DNA of 64,000 bases, taken from positions 186,001 through 250,000 of the forward strand of contig NIVC01000629.1 in assembly GCA_002269645.1 (NCBI GenBank), in the 5' to 3' direction. Made by a program: the position numbers and the translations under genes. Positions 13,561 through 27,800 of this stretch are shown here, piece after piece. Numbering within the stretch: position 1 is the first letter of the stretch; the number at the start of each line of letters is the position of its first letter. The notes beneath the pieces are model-generated. The model had not been told where the DNA came from. It did no database searches and saw only the letters and a list, made by a program, of their open reading frames with translations. This stretch comes from Macrostomum lignano (Eukaryota).

Positions 13561-13568
13561 AGCCTCAC

Positions 13569-13912
13569 CTCTCATCCGGGTCGCCCGAGCTGACATCACT
13601 AAGCAGATCGTCATCCTCGCTGTCCTGACCGTCCTGCAGCATAGCCTGCAGATCGGCGATTCGCTTCTTGGCGGCTTTGAGCTCGGACTCCATGGCGGAC
13701 TTCTCCTCCTCGGCGGTCTCGAACCGCTGGGCAAGGTCGTTCCGCTTGCGCTCGCTGTCGGCCAGGCGCTCCTCGAGATCCGTGGCGTCGTCCTTCAAAT
13801 CGCGCAGCTGCTTGGTCAGCCGCCGGCTTTTCTCTTTCTCGGCCTGCTCGGAGCTCTGCAGAGTGTCGCGCTCCTCCAGGGTGCGCTCGCTCTGCTCCTT
13901 CAGCCTGTCCAC
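13569..13912 (-). CDS. MYO18A: Myosin-18 exon: end of coiled coil and acidic tailpiece
   Basis: CCCCCAG acceptor, GTGAGG donor (phase 2); ...KKRIADLQAMLQDGQDSEDDD. Confidence 0.88.
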
Positions 13913-16900
13913 CTGGGGGCAGTTGCCGGGCGGGGGTATCGTTTAAACGGTGCCAATTAAAGCACTGTCACAATGTTCTAAACGGGTCTTTACCTTTAAA
14001 GACACTCAAATAAGACTACTTACAGTAGCTATAACCCACTTGATTTTACAGTTCAACGCAAGTAGGCTATAACAGGTAAAAATATGGCGGTAGATAAACA
14101 GAGCAAAATTAACAGGAAAATAGCTGGGAAGGATATCGTATTACGTAAAGTATGCACAACTAGAGTTTAACGCCTAGAACTATACTGTATAGTTGACTGA
14201 CTAAACAGAAGGGAGCTAAATACCTGCAAAGGTGGGAAAGCATGCTACCTAGAACACATCTGTGGGTCCTGAGGTCCTGAGGTGGGATTTCATAATTTTA
14301 GGAAAGTTGATATTTGAATACCGGGCTGGGGAAATACCGGGCTGGGGATTTAAAATATTGTAATGGGGGTTAAGCTAGGAATTTGGATTAAGCTAGGAAT
14401 TGGGATTTAAGCTAGGAATTGGGATTTAAGCTAGGAATTGGGATTAAGCTAGGAATTGGGATTTAAGCTAGGGGATTGGGTTTAAGCTAGGGGATTGGGT
14501 TTAAGCTAGGAATTGGGATTAAGCTAGGAATTGGGATTAAGCTAGGAATTGGGATTTAAGCTAGGAATTGGGTTTAAGCTAGGAATGGGGATTAAGCTAG
14601 GAATTGGGATTTAGGCTAGGAAATTGGGATTAGGCTAGAAATGGGGATTAAACTAGGAATTGTTGGACTAGTTTTTCTATTTATCAATGGGTATTAAAAA
14701 TCCTTTAAAAATACGGATTCGAATATCGGCATGGGGATTTGAAGTCTTCGAATAATGGGAACTGAAATCCCAGAACAAAGCCCTGACTCCAACAAATTAA
14801 GGTTGTTCGGCTACCCCCCCCGCCAGGCAATAGCTCACCTGATTGGTCAGCCGAGTCTTGGCCGTGGTCTCTAAATCCAGCTTGGACTCCAGCTCTCGAA
14901 TCCGGCTCTCGTACTTGGCCACCACGGCCCGGTCCACCGTGTCTGACTCGGCGCTGGCCAGCCGGGCGTCCAGCTCCGCAGCCCGCTGCTTCAGCTGGTC
15001 CCGCTCGGATAGCAGCGCTTCGATCTCCTTCGCCTGACTCTGCACCGTGCGCTGGTCCGCCTCCTGCCGGCTGGCCGCGGCTTTGCACTTGCGCAGCAGG
15101 TCATTGAGCTCGTCTTCCAGCTCTTCGTTGTGCGCGGCAAGCTCCCGGCTGGTCCGGGTGGCCGCGGCCAGCTTGTCGTCCAGCTCTGCCCGGCTGCGCT
15201 GCGACTCGTCTAGCGCCGCCTGCCAATTCATGTGAGGTGGCTGGGGCTGGAGCTGGGGATTAGAGAGACTGGCGCTGGAAGCTGGGGATTAGGGAGGCTG
15301 GGGCTGGGAGCTGGGGATTAGGGAGGCTGGCGCTGGGAGCTGGGGATTAGGGAGGCTGGGAGCTGGGAGCTGGGGATTGGGGAGACTGGGGCTGGGAGCT
15401 GGGGATTAGGGAGGCTGGGGCTGGGAGCTGGGGATTAGGGAGGCTGGGGCTGGGAGCTGGGGATTGGGGAGACTGGGGCTGGGAGCTGGGGATTAGGGAG
15501 GCTGGGGCTGGGAGCTGAGGATTAGAGAGACTGGGGCTGGGAGCTGGGGATTAGAGAGACTGGGGCTGGGAGCTGGGGATTAGGGAGGCTGGGGCTGGGA
15601 GCTGGGGATTAGGGAGGCTGGGGCTGGGAGCTGGGGATTAGGGAGGCTGGGGCTGGGAGCTGGGGATTGGGGAGACTGGGGCTGGGAGCTGGGGATTGGG
15701 GAGACTGGGGCTGGGAGCTGAGGATTAGAGAGACTGGGGCTGGGAGCTGGGGATTAGGGAGGCTGGCGCTGGGAGCTGGGGATTAGGGAGGCTGGGGCTG
15801 GGAGCTGGGGATTAGGGAGGCTGGGGCTGGGAGCTGGGGATTGGGGAGACTGGGGCTGGGAGCTAGGGATTAGGGAGGCTGGGGCTGGGAGCTGGGGATT
15901 AGGGAGGCTGGGACTGGGAGCTTTGGATTAGGGAGGCTGGGATTAGGGAACTAGGAGCTACGGATTAGGGAGACTGGGACTGGGGCTGGGGATTAGTGAG
16001 GCTGGGGATTAGGGAGACTGGGGCTGGGAGCTGGGGATTAGGGAGGCTGGGGCTGGGAGCTGGGGATTAGGGAGGCTGGGGCTGGGAGCTGGGGATTGGG
16101 GAGACTGGGGCTGGGAGCTGGGGATTAGAGAGACTGGGGCTGGGAGCTGGGGATTAGGGAGGCTGGCGCTGGGAGCTGGGGATTAGGGAGGCTGGGGCTG
16201 GGAGCTGGGGATTAGGGAGGCTGGGGCTGGGAGCTGGGGATTGGGGAGACTGGGGCTGGGAGCTGGGGATTAGGGAGGCTGGGGCTGGGAGCTGGGGATT
16301 AGGGAGGCTGGGGCTGGGAGCTGGGGATTGGGGAGACTGGGGCTGGGAGCTGGGGATTAGGGAGACTGGGGCTGGGAGCTAGGGATTAGGGAGGCTGGGG
16401 CTGGGAGCTGGGGATTAGGGAGGCTGGGACTGGGAGCTTTGGATTAGGGAGGCTGGGATTAGGGAACTAGGAGCTATGGATTAGGGAGACTGGGACTGGG
16501 GGCTGGGGATTAGTGAGGCTGGGGATTAGGGAGACTGGGGCTGGGAGCTGGGGATTAGGGAGACTGGCGCTGGGAGCTGGGGATTAGAGGCTGGCGCTGG
16601 GAGCTAGGGATTAGGGAGACTGGGGCTGGGAGCTGGGGATTAGGGAGACTGGGGCTGGGAGCTGGGGATTAGGGAGGCTGGGACTGGGAGCTGGGGATTA
16701 GGGAGGCTGGGGATTAGGGAGCTGGGGCTGGGAGCTGGGGATTAGGGAACTGGGACTGGGAGCTGGGAATTAGGGAGGCTGGAAGAATAGTAGACAGGCA
16801 CCAAGACAGGTAGTCATGGACACTAGGCCAGACAGACAAACAGACAGGCAGGCAGACAGGCAAGTAAACCCTGGTCGCACCTGAAGCTCCTCCAAATCGG

Positions 16901-18854
16901 CCTCAGCCGAGCGGCGCCCTCTGAGCGCCAGGTCGCGCGCCGACTCGGCATCTTCGAGCTGTTCGCGTAGCTGCTTGATGAGGCCGCTCTGGTCGCCAGC
17001 CCGCCTGACCTGCTCCAGCTCGGCCTGCGTGTCCTTCAGCACCGCGCGCAGCCGTTTCAACTCCTTGCGCTGGCGTCGACGTTCTGCGTCGGCCCTGGGA
17101 CCGCCGGAGGCGCTAGCGCCATCCTGATCTCGCGCCACCAGCTCCGCCAGCTGGCGCTCAGCCTCGCGCTTCTCCCTAGCCAGCCGCTGCCGCTCCTGCT
17201 GCTCCTCTTCGAGTTGCTCCTCCAGGTTGCGCAGTCGGCGCTGCTGGGCGTAGCGCTGGTTGTCCAGCTCGGCGTCCCGCTCCTCCGCCTCGCGGGCCAT
17301 CTGGGATCAGAATGGCTGGTCCAGTTTATCAACAAATCAGTCCAGTTTATCAACAAATCAGTCCAGTTTACCAACAAATCAGTCCAGTTTATCAACAAAT
17401 CAGTCCAGTTTATCAACAAATCAGTCCAGTTTATCAACAAATCAGTCCAGTTTATCAACAAATCAGTCCAGTTTATCAACAAATCAGTCCAGTTTATCAA
17501 CAAATCAGTCCAGTTTATCAACAAATCAGTCCAGTTTACCAACAAATCAGTCCAGTTTATCAACAAATCAGTCCAGTTTATCAACAAATCAGTCCAGTTT
17601 ATCAACAAATCAGTCCAGTTTATCAACAAATCAGTCCAGTTTATCAACAAATTAATCCAGTTTATCAACAAATCAGTCCAGTGTATTAACAAGTCAGTCC
17701 AGCCCTATTAACTCAGCCTCACCTGCTGCCGCAGTCTCTCTGCCTCCATCTCAATACGGGACTTGTCCTGCTCAGCAGCATCGAGTTGAGCAGCCAGGTC
17801 TTCGACCTCCTCCTCGAGCGAGGCCACCTTCTGCTCCAGGTCCGCCCGGGCCCGCTTCAGCCGGCCCATCTCGAATTCGCTCTCCGAGGCGGAGCCGGCG
17901 CTGGTCATCAGGCCGCCAGTGAGGTCCGCCAGCTGGTCCTGCAGCCGCTGGGACCGCTCCTGGGCGCTGGCCGCCGAGGCTTTGGCGTCCTGCAGTTCGC
18001 GCTCCAGGCGCCACTTGTCGCCAAGCAGCTCGTCGCGAGTGCGCTGAAGAGCTTCGCGGGACTCCAGCTGGTCTGAGAGCTCCTGGAATTCGGGACGAGA
18101 TTGTTCGAATTAGATTCTATCGATGTTTTACGAGCTACTAGTCTAATAATCAAATAAAACTTATTAATCAGCTTTCAATCCATTCAAACTATCAACCTAT
18201 TGACTCATCAAACTATTAATCTATCAACTCATCAAGCTATCAATCTTTTGACTCATCAAACTATTAATCTACCAACTCATCAAGCTATCAATTTATTGAC
18301 TCACCAATCTATCAATCTATTGACACATCAAACTATTAATCTACCGACTTATCAAACTATCAATCTTTTGACTCATCAAACTATTAATCTATCAACTCAT
18401 CAAGCTATCAATCTTTTGACTCATCAAACTATTAATCTATCAACTCATCAAGCTATCAATCTTTTGACTCATCAAACTATTAATCTATCAACTCATCAAG
18501 CTATCAATCTTTTGACTCATCAAACTATTAATCTATCAACTTATCAAACTATCAATCTTTTGACTCATCAAACTATTAATCTATCAACTCATCAATCTAT
18601 CAATCTTTTGACTCATCAAACTATTAATCTACCAACTCATCAAGCTATCAATCTTTTGACTCATCAAACTATTAATCTACCAACTCATCAAGCTATCAAT
18701 TTATTGACTTATCAAACTATCAATCTTTTGACTCATCAAACTATTAATCTATCAACTCATCAAACTATCAATCTTTTGACTCATCAAAATATTAATCTAC
18801 CAACTCATCAAGCTATAAATCTATCTATCTATCTATCAATCAATCAATCAACCT

Positions 18855-18887
<33 letters not shown>

Positions 18888-21800
18888 CTGACCAACCAAC
18901 CAATCAATAAATAAATAAATAAATAAATAAATAAATCAACCAACCAATCAATCAATCAATCAAAGCACCTAAACGGCAAATGCACCTGATTGAGTCTGGC
19001 TAATTCCGCATCGTGCCGCTTCTGCCGTTTCTCCAGATCCGACTTCCGGTCCAGAGCCTCCTCCAGCTGCGCGCGCAGGTCAGACGCCTCCTGCTGAGTT
19101 TTCGTAGCCCGCCGTTTCAATCCGGCCACCTCTTCGACCAGATCGTCGCGCTCAACGCTGACGGTCTGTAGCCTGGCCTCCACGGCTTTGCGCTGATCGT
19201 AGTGCTCAGCCTCCTGATCGGCCAGCTTGGCATTGGCCGTGGCCAGGTCCCGGCCCAGCCGGTCGATGCGCAGCCGGTACATCACCTCCGTCTCTTCGCC
19301 GTCGTCCGAAGTTGCAGTGTCGTCCCGTTTCTTGCTGGAGCTGTCCTCCAGCCGGCTGGATCTGCGCGGGTTGTTGGAGATGATTCATTAAATTGTTACT
19401 CACCTGGAGTACCAGCTATGATTCATTTGTAGACCTGCTAATTCCCCTGCAACCCCACTGATTCCCCTGCAACCCCACTGATTCCCCGGCAATCCCCACT
19501 GATTCCCCTGCAATCCCCACTTATTCCCCTGTAATACCCACTGATTCCCCGGCAATCTCCACTAATTCCCCGGCAATCTCCACTGATTCCCCGGCAATCT
19601 CCACTGATTCCCCTGTAATCCCCACTGATTCCCCTGTAACACCCAAGCTAATCCCAAACCCTAAAAAGCCTGTAAGTTCTGTAGAGCTCCGTCAACCCAC
19701 CGAAGCGCATTCTGCACATCCTTCTGATGCAGCACAGTGAGTTCATTCTCCAGCTGTTCGTATCTCCGCCGTTCAGCCGACAATTTCTGTCTGAGCTCGT
19801 CCGCTTCCCGCTCGGCGATGAGGCGGCGCTCGCGCTCAGTCTCCAGCTGCTCGCTGAAGTTGGCCGCCTCCGAGCGATCGTGGCGCAAATCGTTATTAGC
19901 GTTAGTCAGCTTGTTCTCCAGCTGGGCGCAGCGCTGCCGCAGCTCAGCTCGCTCCCGTTCCAGCTGCTCAATTCGAGCTCGGAGCTCGGCCACTTCGCTT
20001 GGGTCGGCCGCGCCTGCGGCTCTGGCGCTCGCCAACGCCAGCGGGCGGACCCGGCTGTACAGGCGCCACCAAGGCCAGCGCCGCAGCTCCATGTAGATGG
20101 CGCAGTTGCGCTGGATAATCTCGGCCGCGTGGGCCCGGACTCGAGCCTCGTGGGCGCGCCGGCGGGCCAGATGGCCACGGCAGGCAGCCTGGAAGTGGAC
20201 CAGGTGCGAGCGGGCCGCCTCCTCGCGGCGCTCGTCCAGCTGGGCGAGGGCGCCGGAGCGGAAGAACACCTGCGGACAGGTGGGGATTTATAGTGAACGA
20301 TGATTTATAGACCGTCGCATCGATGGACTGCGGCAATTCCGGGAAACAGGCAGATGAAGCCATGAGATCCGCAGAAATCCCATTGGAATTATTTGTAAAC
20401 ATAAGCAATGATAATCCACAGAAATCCCAATGGGATTATTTTGTAAACACAAGCAATGATAATCCGCAGAAATCCCAATGGGATTATTTTGTAAACACAA
20501 GCTATGATAATCCACAGAAATCCCATTGGGATTATTTTGTAAACACAAGCAATGATAATCCACAGAAATCCCATTGGGATTATTTTGTAAACACAAGCAA
20601 TGATAATCCGCAGAAATCCCAATGGGATTATTTTGTAAACACAAGCTATGATAATCCACAGAAATCCCATTGGGATTATTTTGTAAACACAAGCAATGAT
20701 AATCCACAGAAATCCCAATGGGATTATTTTGTAAACACAGACTATGAGATCCGCAGAAATCCCATTGGGATTATTTTTTAAACTCAAGCTATGAGATCCG
20801 CAGAAATCCCATTGGGATTATTTTTTAAACTCAAGCTATGAGATCCACAGAAATCCCATTGGGATAATTTTGTAAACACAAGCTATGAGATACGCAGAAA
20901 TCCCATTGGGATTCTCTTTAAGCAATGAAGTCGGCGAAAGCCTGCATCTTGAGAAGTGTTATGCTTAGACAATTCGAGTATACGGTGCAAATAAGAGCAA
21001 TAGATTATACTTACGCATAATTGACTTTTGTAGTAATTATTATTGTCACTAAACAGTTCGGTATGCAGTGTGACGTGATGCTGCTGCTGCTGCGGCTGGT
21101 TAAGCCTGGGACTAACAGAGACAACTGAGGAGGAGGCGGCAGCAGCAGCAGCAGCCATTTTAGCAGATTGCACCTGTCGACTCGAAGGTTCCGGGGACAT
21201 AATTTTTACAGAACTACAGCCACTGTATAATTATGTAAATCAAGCCATGCCCTTAGGGTCTTCTTTGTTATGCAGAAATATAAATAAACTAACAATAATC
21301 AGTGTTGCTTATTGAAATAGTTGGTGTATAAAAAACCTGCGCGCATGCTGCAGGGGAGGTACTTGGGAGGGAACAGAGATTAAGGAAGCCCAGAGGGGGG
21401 AGAAATGTACGCTCTAGGGAAGACGGGACGGACTAACTGGAGTGAAAAGCTCCGGGATAGGGTGTACTCAAGCGACTATGGGACTTACTGGGGAGCCAAT
21501 GGTTAATGGGAGGTGCAGGGAAAGAAGGGGAGTGGCTGAGAGTATGAGAGTGCAGCCTAGCCAGAGATTGAGCAGTGAGCAGTGTGGGGGGCAGGGGGGG
21601 GGTGATTGAGTTACCGGAATGAAAATAGGAAGGCCGGGCGGGTACAAGAGAAGAGAGACGGCAGAAACAAATGCTAAGGGGAAGTGAAAAATAAGAAGCT
21701 GCCCAAGTCCGCGGGAATCTAGCATTGTTGAAATGAATGATTCATTGGTCTGAGCAAGCGGGGCCAAGGGCGTTTGGAAGCAATAGCCGCCGCCGACTTA

Positions 21801-24800
21801 ACTTAGCGAGCTGACGTCAAGAAAGAAAACAGCCCAGTCACTGAATTGATCATTGATTTTAGTTAACTACGGGATAGAGGGAGTGACCAGCGCAGAGCTG
21901 CCAACAATGCACCCAATGACTGATGATTTATAAAGTACACTGATAAGAGACTGGCGCTAATTGCACATGCAAGCTGGATAATTTCGCCATCGCCTGGGCT
22001 ATGATAGCCCTTGATAAACTAATCAATAGGCTATTAAATCAGGTCATTTTAAGAGGTGATTTTCAAAAGGCCACTTTTGGAAGGGCGGTTTTTAGCAGCT
22101 ATTTTCAAGAGGTGATTTTTAGGAGGTGATTCTTAAGAGGCGATTTTTAATAAGAGGCGATTATTAAGGAGGCGATTTTTAGGAGACGATTCTTTAAAGG
22201 CAATTTTAAGAGGCGATTTTTAGAGGCGAATCACGCGAGGTTTCATAAAGCATCCAGACAATCGAGTACCTCACCTGAGTATTCCCAATCTTATAAGCGG
22301 CCGCGGCCAGCCCCAGATCCTCCAGCACTGCGGTCGCGGCCTCCCGTTCGTCCAGCATCACAGCGACAGCCTGGCGAACCTCGGGCTTGGCTAGGCTGGC
22401 GTAGCGCTGTCGCAGCTCCCGGAAGTTGGCCTGCTCCGGGTAGCTGTACTTGTACGAGCGCACCGTGTTGAGAATGTGAAAGGCGCGCAGCTGCAGCCGG
22501 AGCAGAGGCGTGTTGACGCCCTGAGTAAAGTCTGGCGCCATCAGGGAGCTCTTCAGGTCGCACAGGCCGGCGTTGTGCACAGGGGACAGGCAGTAGACAA
22601 AGTGGATGCGACCGCCTGAGCTGGCCTTCTTCATCAGGTCTGTCAGGTAGTCCATCTGCGATTTTACCTGTGGATTTGGGTGGGAATAGAGGGGAGTCGG
22701 GGGGCCATTGAGTCTGGTTGGATACACAGACATTTCTGAGTCTGATTGAGTGATTTACTAGGGATTTAGACCAAGGATTTTGTCCACTAAGAGACCACTA
22801 AGAATCACTAAGAGAGCACTTAGAGACCACTGAGAGAGCACTAAGAGACCACTAAGAGACCTAAGAGAGCACTAAGAGACCACTAAGAGACCACTAAGAT
22901 ACCTACTAAAATAACACTAAGAGACACTAAGGGTCTACTAAGTGTCCACTAAGATACCACTAAGAGAGCACCAAGAGGCCACTATGGGTACACTAAGAGA
23001 CCACAGAGAGAGCACTAAGAGATCACAAACGTCCACTAAGAGAGCACCAAGAGGCCACTATGGGTACACTAAGAGACCACAGAGAGAGCACTAAGAGATC
23101 ACAAACGTCCACTAAGAGAGCACCAAGAGGCCACTATGGGTACACTAAGAGACCACAGAGAGAGCACTAAGAGATCACAAACGTCCACTAAGAGAGCACT
23201 AAGAAGGCACTAAGGGTCCACTAAAAGACCCCAAAGAGACCACATGACCTCGGCTCACCTGAGCAGACACGCTCTTCTGCCTGTACAGCATAGATGTGTT
23301 GGGCCGCAGCGGCCCCCTTCTTACGCCGGCATTCTGCGCCCTGGCCTCGGATATCAGCCTGGCAGTGAAATCGTCAGCGCTCCTCTCCAGCAGCTCCAGC
23401 GCCTGCCCAGAGCTGGGATACTCGCGGCAGTTCTTCAGCCAGGAGAGCGGGTTGTACAGCACTGGCGTGGTTAAATTGCAGTGATTCAGCACAAAATTGC
23501 CGCCTTTGGCTCTTCGTAGGAGGCGAGAATTTCTGTCGCGAAATTGCTGCTTATGCCGGTGATAGAGCTGGTGCATCCGGCGGACAAAGGACTGGTCGTT
23601 GCCGGACACGCTCTCTTCGTCTAGCAGCCACAGCAGGCCCTGCTGCTGGTCCGGCCCGGAGTCGCCGCCAGATTTCACGGCCGAGTTCGAAGCGGCCAAT
23701 GCGGCGCCGGACTGCCGATCCATCAGGCTGATCAGGTCGGCCGGGTTGGTGTCGCCCACCTCCCAGTTGGAGATGTCCACGTCCTCCTGGCAGGGGGTGA
23801 TCAGGTGGCGTTTTATTAGCATGGAGACCTGGGGTGTCCATACAAAGACTGGGTGTCCATACAAAGACTGGGTGTCCATATAGAGACCTGGGGTGTCCAT
23901 ATGGAGACCTGGGTGTCCATACAAAGACTGGGTGTCCATACAAAGACTGGGTGTCCATATAGAGACCTGGGGTGTCCATATGGAGACCTGGGGTGTCCAT
24001 ACAAAGACTGGGTGTCCATATAGAGACCTGGGGTGTCCATATGGAGACCTGGGTGTCCATAAAAAGACTGGGTGTCCATAGAGAGACCTGGGTGTCCATA
24101 AAAAGACTGGGTGTCCATATAGAGACCTGGGTGTCCATAAAAAGACTGGGTGTCCATATAGAGACCTGGGGTGTCCATACAAAGACTGGGTGTCCATATA
24201 GAGACCTGGGGTGTCCATATAGAGACCTGGGGTGGCCATACAAAGACTGGGTGTCCATATAGAGACCTGGGGTGTCCATATAGAGACCTGGGGTGTCCAT
24301 ACAAAGACTGGGTGTCCATATAGAGACCTGGGGTGTCCATATGGAGACCTGGGGTGTCCATATAGAGACCTGGGGTGTCCATACAAAGACTGGGTGTCCA
24401 TATAGAGACCTGGGGTGTCCATAAAAAGACTGGGGTGTCCATACATAGACCTGGGTGTCCATATAGAAACCTGGGGTGTCCGTATAGAGATCCGGGGTGT
24501 CCATATAGAGACCTGGGTGTCCATATAGAGACCTGGGTGTCCATATAGAGATCTGGGGTGTCCATATAGAGATCTGGGGTGTCCATATAGAGATCTGTGG
24601 TGTCCATATAGAGATCCGGGGTATCCATATAGAGACCTGGGGTGTCCACGGGGACCAGTATCTACATTACACACACTACATTCTACACAAAGTCTAGCAG
24701 AAATGCTACACAATAAAGACTAAAAATAAAAACATCACAGTGGTTTAAAAAATCATACACGACATTCAACCCATTTGGAGAGCACTAAAATTTACACACA

Positions 24801-27800
24801 CCGAATGCCTGTCAAAATGTGAGCCGACACTTAACAAAAAATGCATAAATTGCGGCGCAATCCAGCTATTAACGAATTTGGGCCACTCGCCACGTCACGT
24901 GACACGGCCACAACTGGATTGCATAGGATAGTAATAAAACTGACTGGCTAGGAAAAGTACAAACTCCTTATCAGAGAGTGTAAATTTACAATGCATCAGC
25001 CAGTGCATTACAGTGCAACTGTATCGGCTTGGCCAATTATTATAAAATAATTATTGAAAATGTTTCAATAAAAATAGAATAACAGGGCCTGCTGTTATGT
25101 CCAGTGTACTAACGCCTGCGGCAAGTCACTGAGCGCAGGCGCCTAATGCTTGGACACATTTTGATAGATATGCGCACATTATGGGCATTGCAATAATATG
25201 ACATGCGGCTATTTCTAACATATTATTATGTGCTGCATGCACATGCTTTCATGCTATCAATATGTACAAACTTAGTGCAGCGATTTCTATTGCTAAATAA
25301 AGTTAACTCAACAAAATTCGCCGCATGCTTACTCAAATCTTCACTACATGAGTAGACTCTATCGAGCATGCTGTTTTAATGTACATAGGATTACATATTC
25401 AGATAGAATTTTGCTTACAATACCAATCTTTCATGAAAACGTCTCCCTATTGACAACGCAAGGAATATAATTAGGATTCAAAACATCTAGGAGAAAAATG
25501 TTTGCATGCATGCTAACTGTTAATCCCGCCACACAAACCTTTGACCTGTCCGGATCTGTGTCAATCTGGGGAAGGAGATTATTGGCAACAAGAATAACAT
25601 AAGCTTTCTAGGCATGGAGGTTTGATCTATGTTTGCATGTAGTGCTGTACAGTTGAATGGGATTTGAACAGGGAATGGGATTTGAACAGGGAATAGGATT
25701 TGAACAGGAAATGGGATTTGAACAGGGAATAGGATTTGAACAGGGAATGGGATTTGAACAGGAAATGGGATTAAAACTGGGAATGGGATTTCAACAGGGA
25801 ATGGGATGTGAACAGGGAATGGGATGTGAACAGGCAATGGGATTTGAACATGCAATGGGATTTGAACAGGGAATGGGATTTCAACAGGGAATGGGATGTG
25901 AACAGGCAATGGGATTTGAACAGGCAATGGGATTTCAACAGGGAATGGGATTTGAACAGGCAATGGGATTTCAACAGGGAATGGGATTTGAACAGGCAAT
26001 GGGATTTCAACAGGGAATGGGATGTGAACAGGGAATGGGATTTCAACAGGGAATGGGATTTGAACAGGGAATGGGATTTGAACAGGCAATGGGATTTCAA
26101 CAGGGAATGGGATTTGAACAGGAAATGGGATTTGAACAGGCAATGGGATTTGAACAGGAAATGGGATTTGAACAGGCAATGGGATTTCAACAGGGAATGG
26201 GATGTGAACAGGGAATGGCATTTAGAACTGGGTTCAAGCATTTAGAATTCATCCATGGTTGAAAACTGATGGGATTTAAAGCTCCCTACAGAATCTGCCC
26301 ACATTAATAAAAACTGCCTCACCTCTTCGTGCCGCTCCCTGGGCAAAGCCAGATTGAGCTCATAATTGAGGCCGAGCAGTCGCTCTTGAGCATAATTATA
26401 GCACAGGTCCTCGAAGCTTGCCCCCGTAGTGCGGCCGCACGAGGCCACCTGCTGGAAGCCGGGCGGGTCCAGCACCGTGATGGTTCTAGACGATCGTTCG
26501 CCGCAGGAGAAGCAGCGGTTCACCAGGAACATGATCAGTGTGACCACCTCCGTGTACAGGCCGGTGACGAAGCCCTGCAACAGCTCGAACGGTGAGTAAG
26601 CCTGCCCGCCTGCGGCTTTCGAGTCCGACTGGCCCAGCTGGAAGGCGAATTTGCGCAGTTCAGCCGCGCTGCAGCCCAGCAGGGAGGCGGCCCGCTCCGC
26701 TGCCGTCACCTTCTCGAATTGGAAGCCGCCGTGGGGCAGCTGCACAGCGCCGGCGGTGCCCAGGTGGAAGATGGCGGCTGCGAATTGGGCAGGGGCATCA
26801 AGTTTAGCGCTGGGCCATTTGAGTCAGTTGGGATTTCATTTACTCAGTTTAGATTTGAGTAACTCAGTTGGGATTTGAGTTACTCAGCTGGTATGAGTAA
26901 TTCAGTTGGGATTTGAGTTACTCAGTTGGTATGAGTAATTCAGTTGGGATTTGAGTTACTCAGCTGGGATTTGAGTTACTCAGTTGGGATTTGAGTTACT
27001 CAGCTGGGATTTGAGTAACTCAGTTGGGATTTGAGTAATTCAGCAGGGATTTGAGTAACTCAGTTGAGATTTGAGTAATTCAGTTGGGATTTGAGTAATT
27101 CAGTTGGGATTTGAGTTACTCAGTTGGGATTTGAGTTACTCAGCTGGTATTTGAGTTACTCAGTTGGGATTTGAGTTACTCAGTTGCGATTTGAGTTACT
27201 CAGTTGCGATTTGAGTTACTCAGTTGGGATTTGAGTTACTCAGCTGGTATTTGAGTTACTCAGTTGGGACTTGAGTTACTCAGTTGGGATTTGAGTTACT
27301 CAGTTGCGATTTGAGTTTACTCAGTTGGGATTTGAGTTACTCAGTTGGGATTTGAGTTACTCAGCTGGTATTTGAGTTACTCAGTTGGGACTTGAGTTAC
27401 TCAGTTGCGATTTGAGTTACTCAGTTGGGATTTGAGTTACTCAGCTGGTAGTTGAGTAACTCAGTTGGGATTTGAGTTACTCAGCTGGGATTTGAGTAAC
27501 TCAGCTGGTATTTGAGTAACTCAGTTGGGATTTGAGTTACTCAGTTGGGATTTGAGTAACTCAGTTGGGATTTGAGTAATTCAGCTGGGATTTGAGTGAT
27601 CAGTTGGGATTTGAGCAATTAAGTTGGGATTTGAGTAATTCAGCTGGGATTTGAGTGATCAGTTGAGATTTGAGTAATCCAGTTGGAATTTGAGTTATCC
27701 ATTTGGGATTTGAGTAATTCAATTGGGATTTGAGTAATTCAGTTGGGATTTAGTAAATCATTTGGGATTTGAGCAATTTAGTTGGGATTTGAGTAATTCA

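Noticed and set aside
15240-16780. Interstitial telomere
   Set aside because: TTAGGG occurs only once per about 28-bp unit, not as tandem hexamers.
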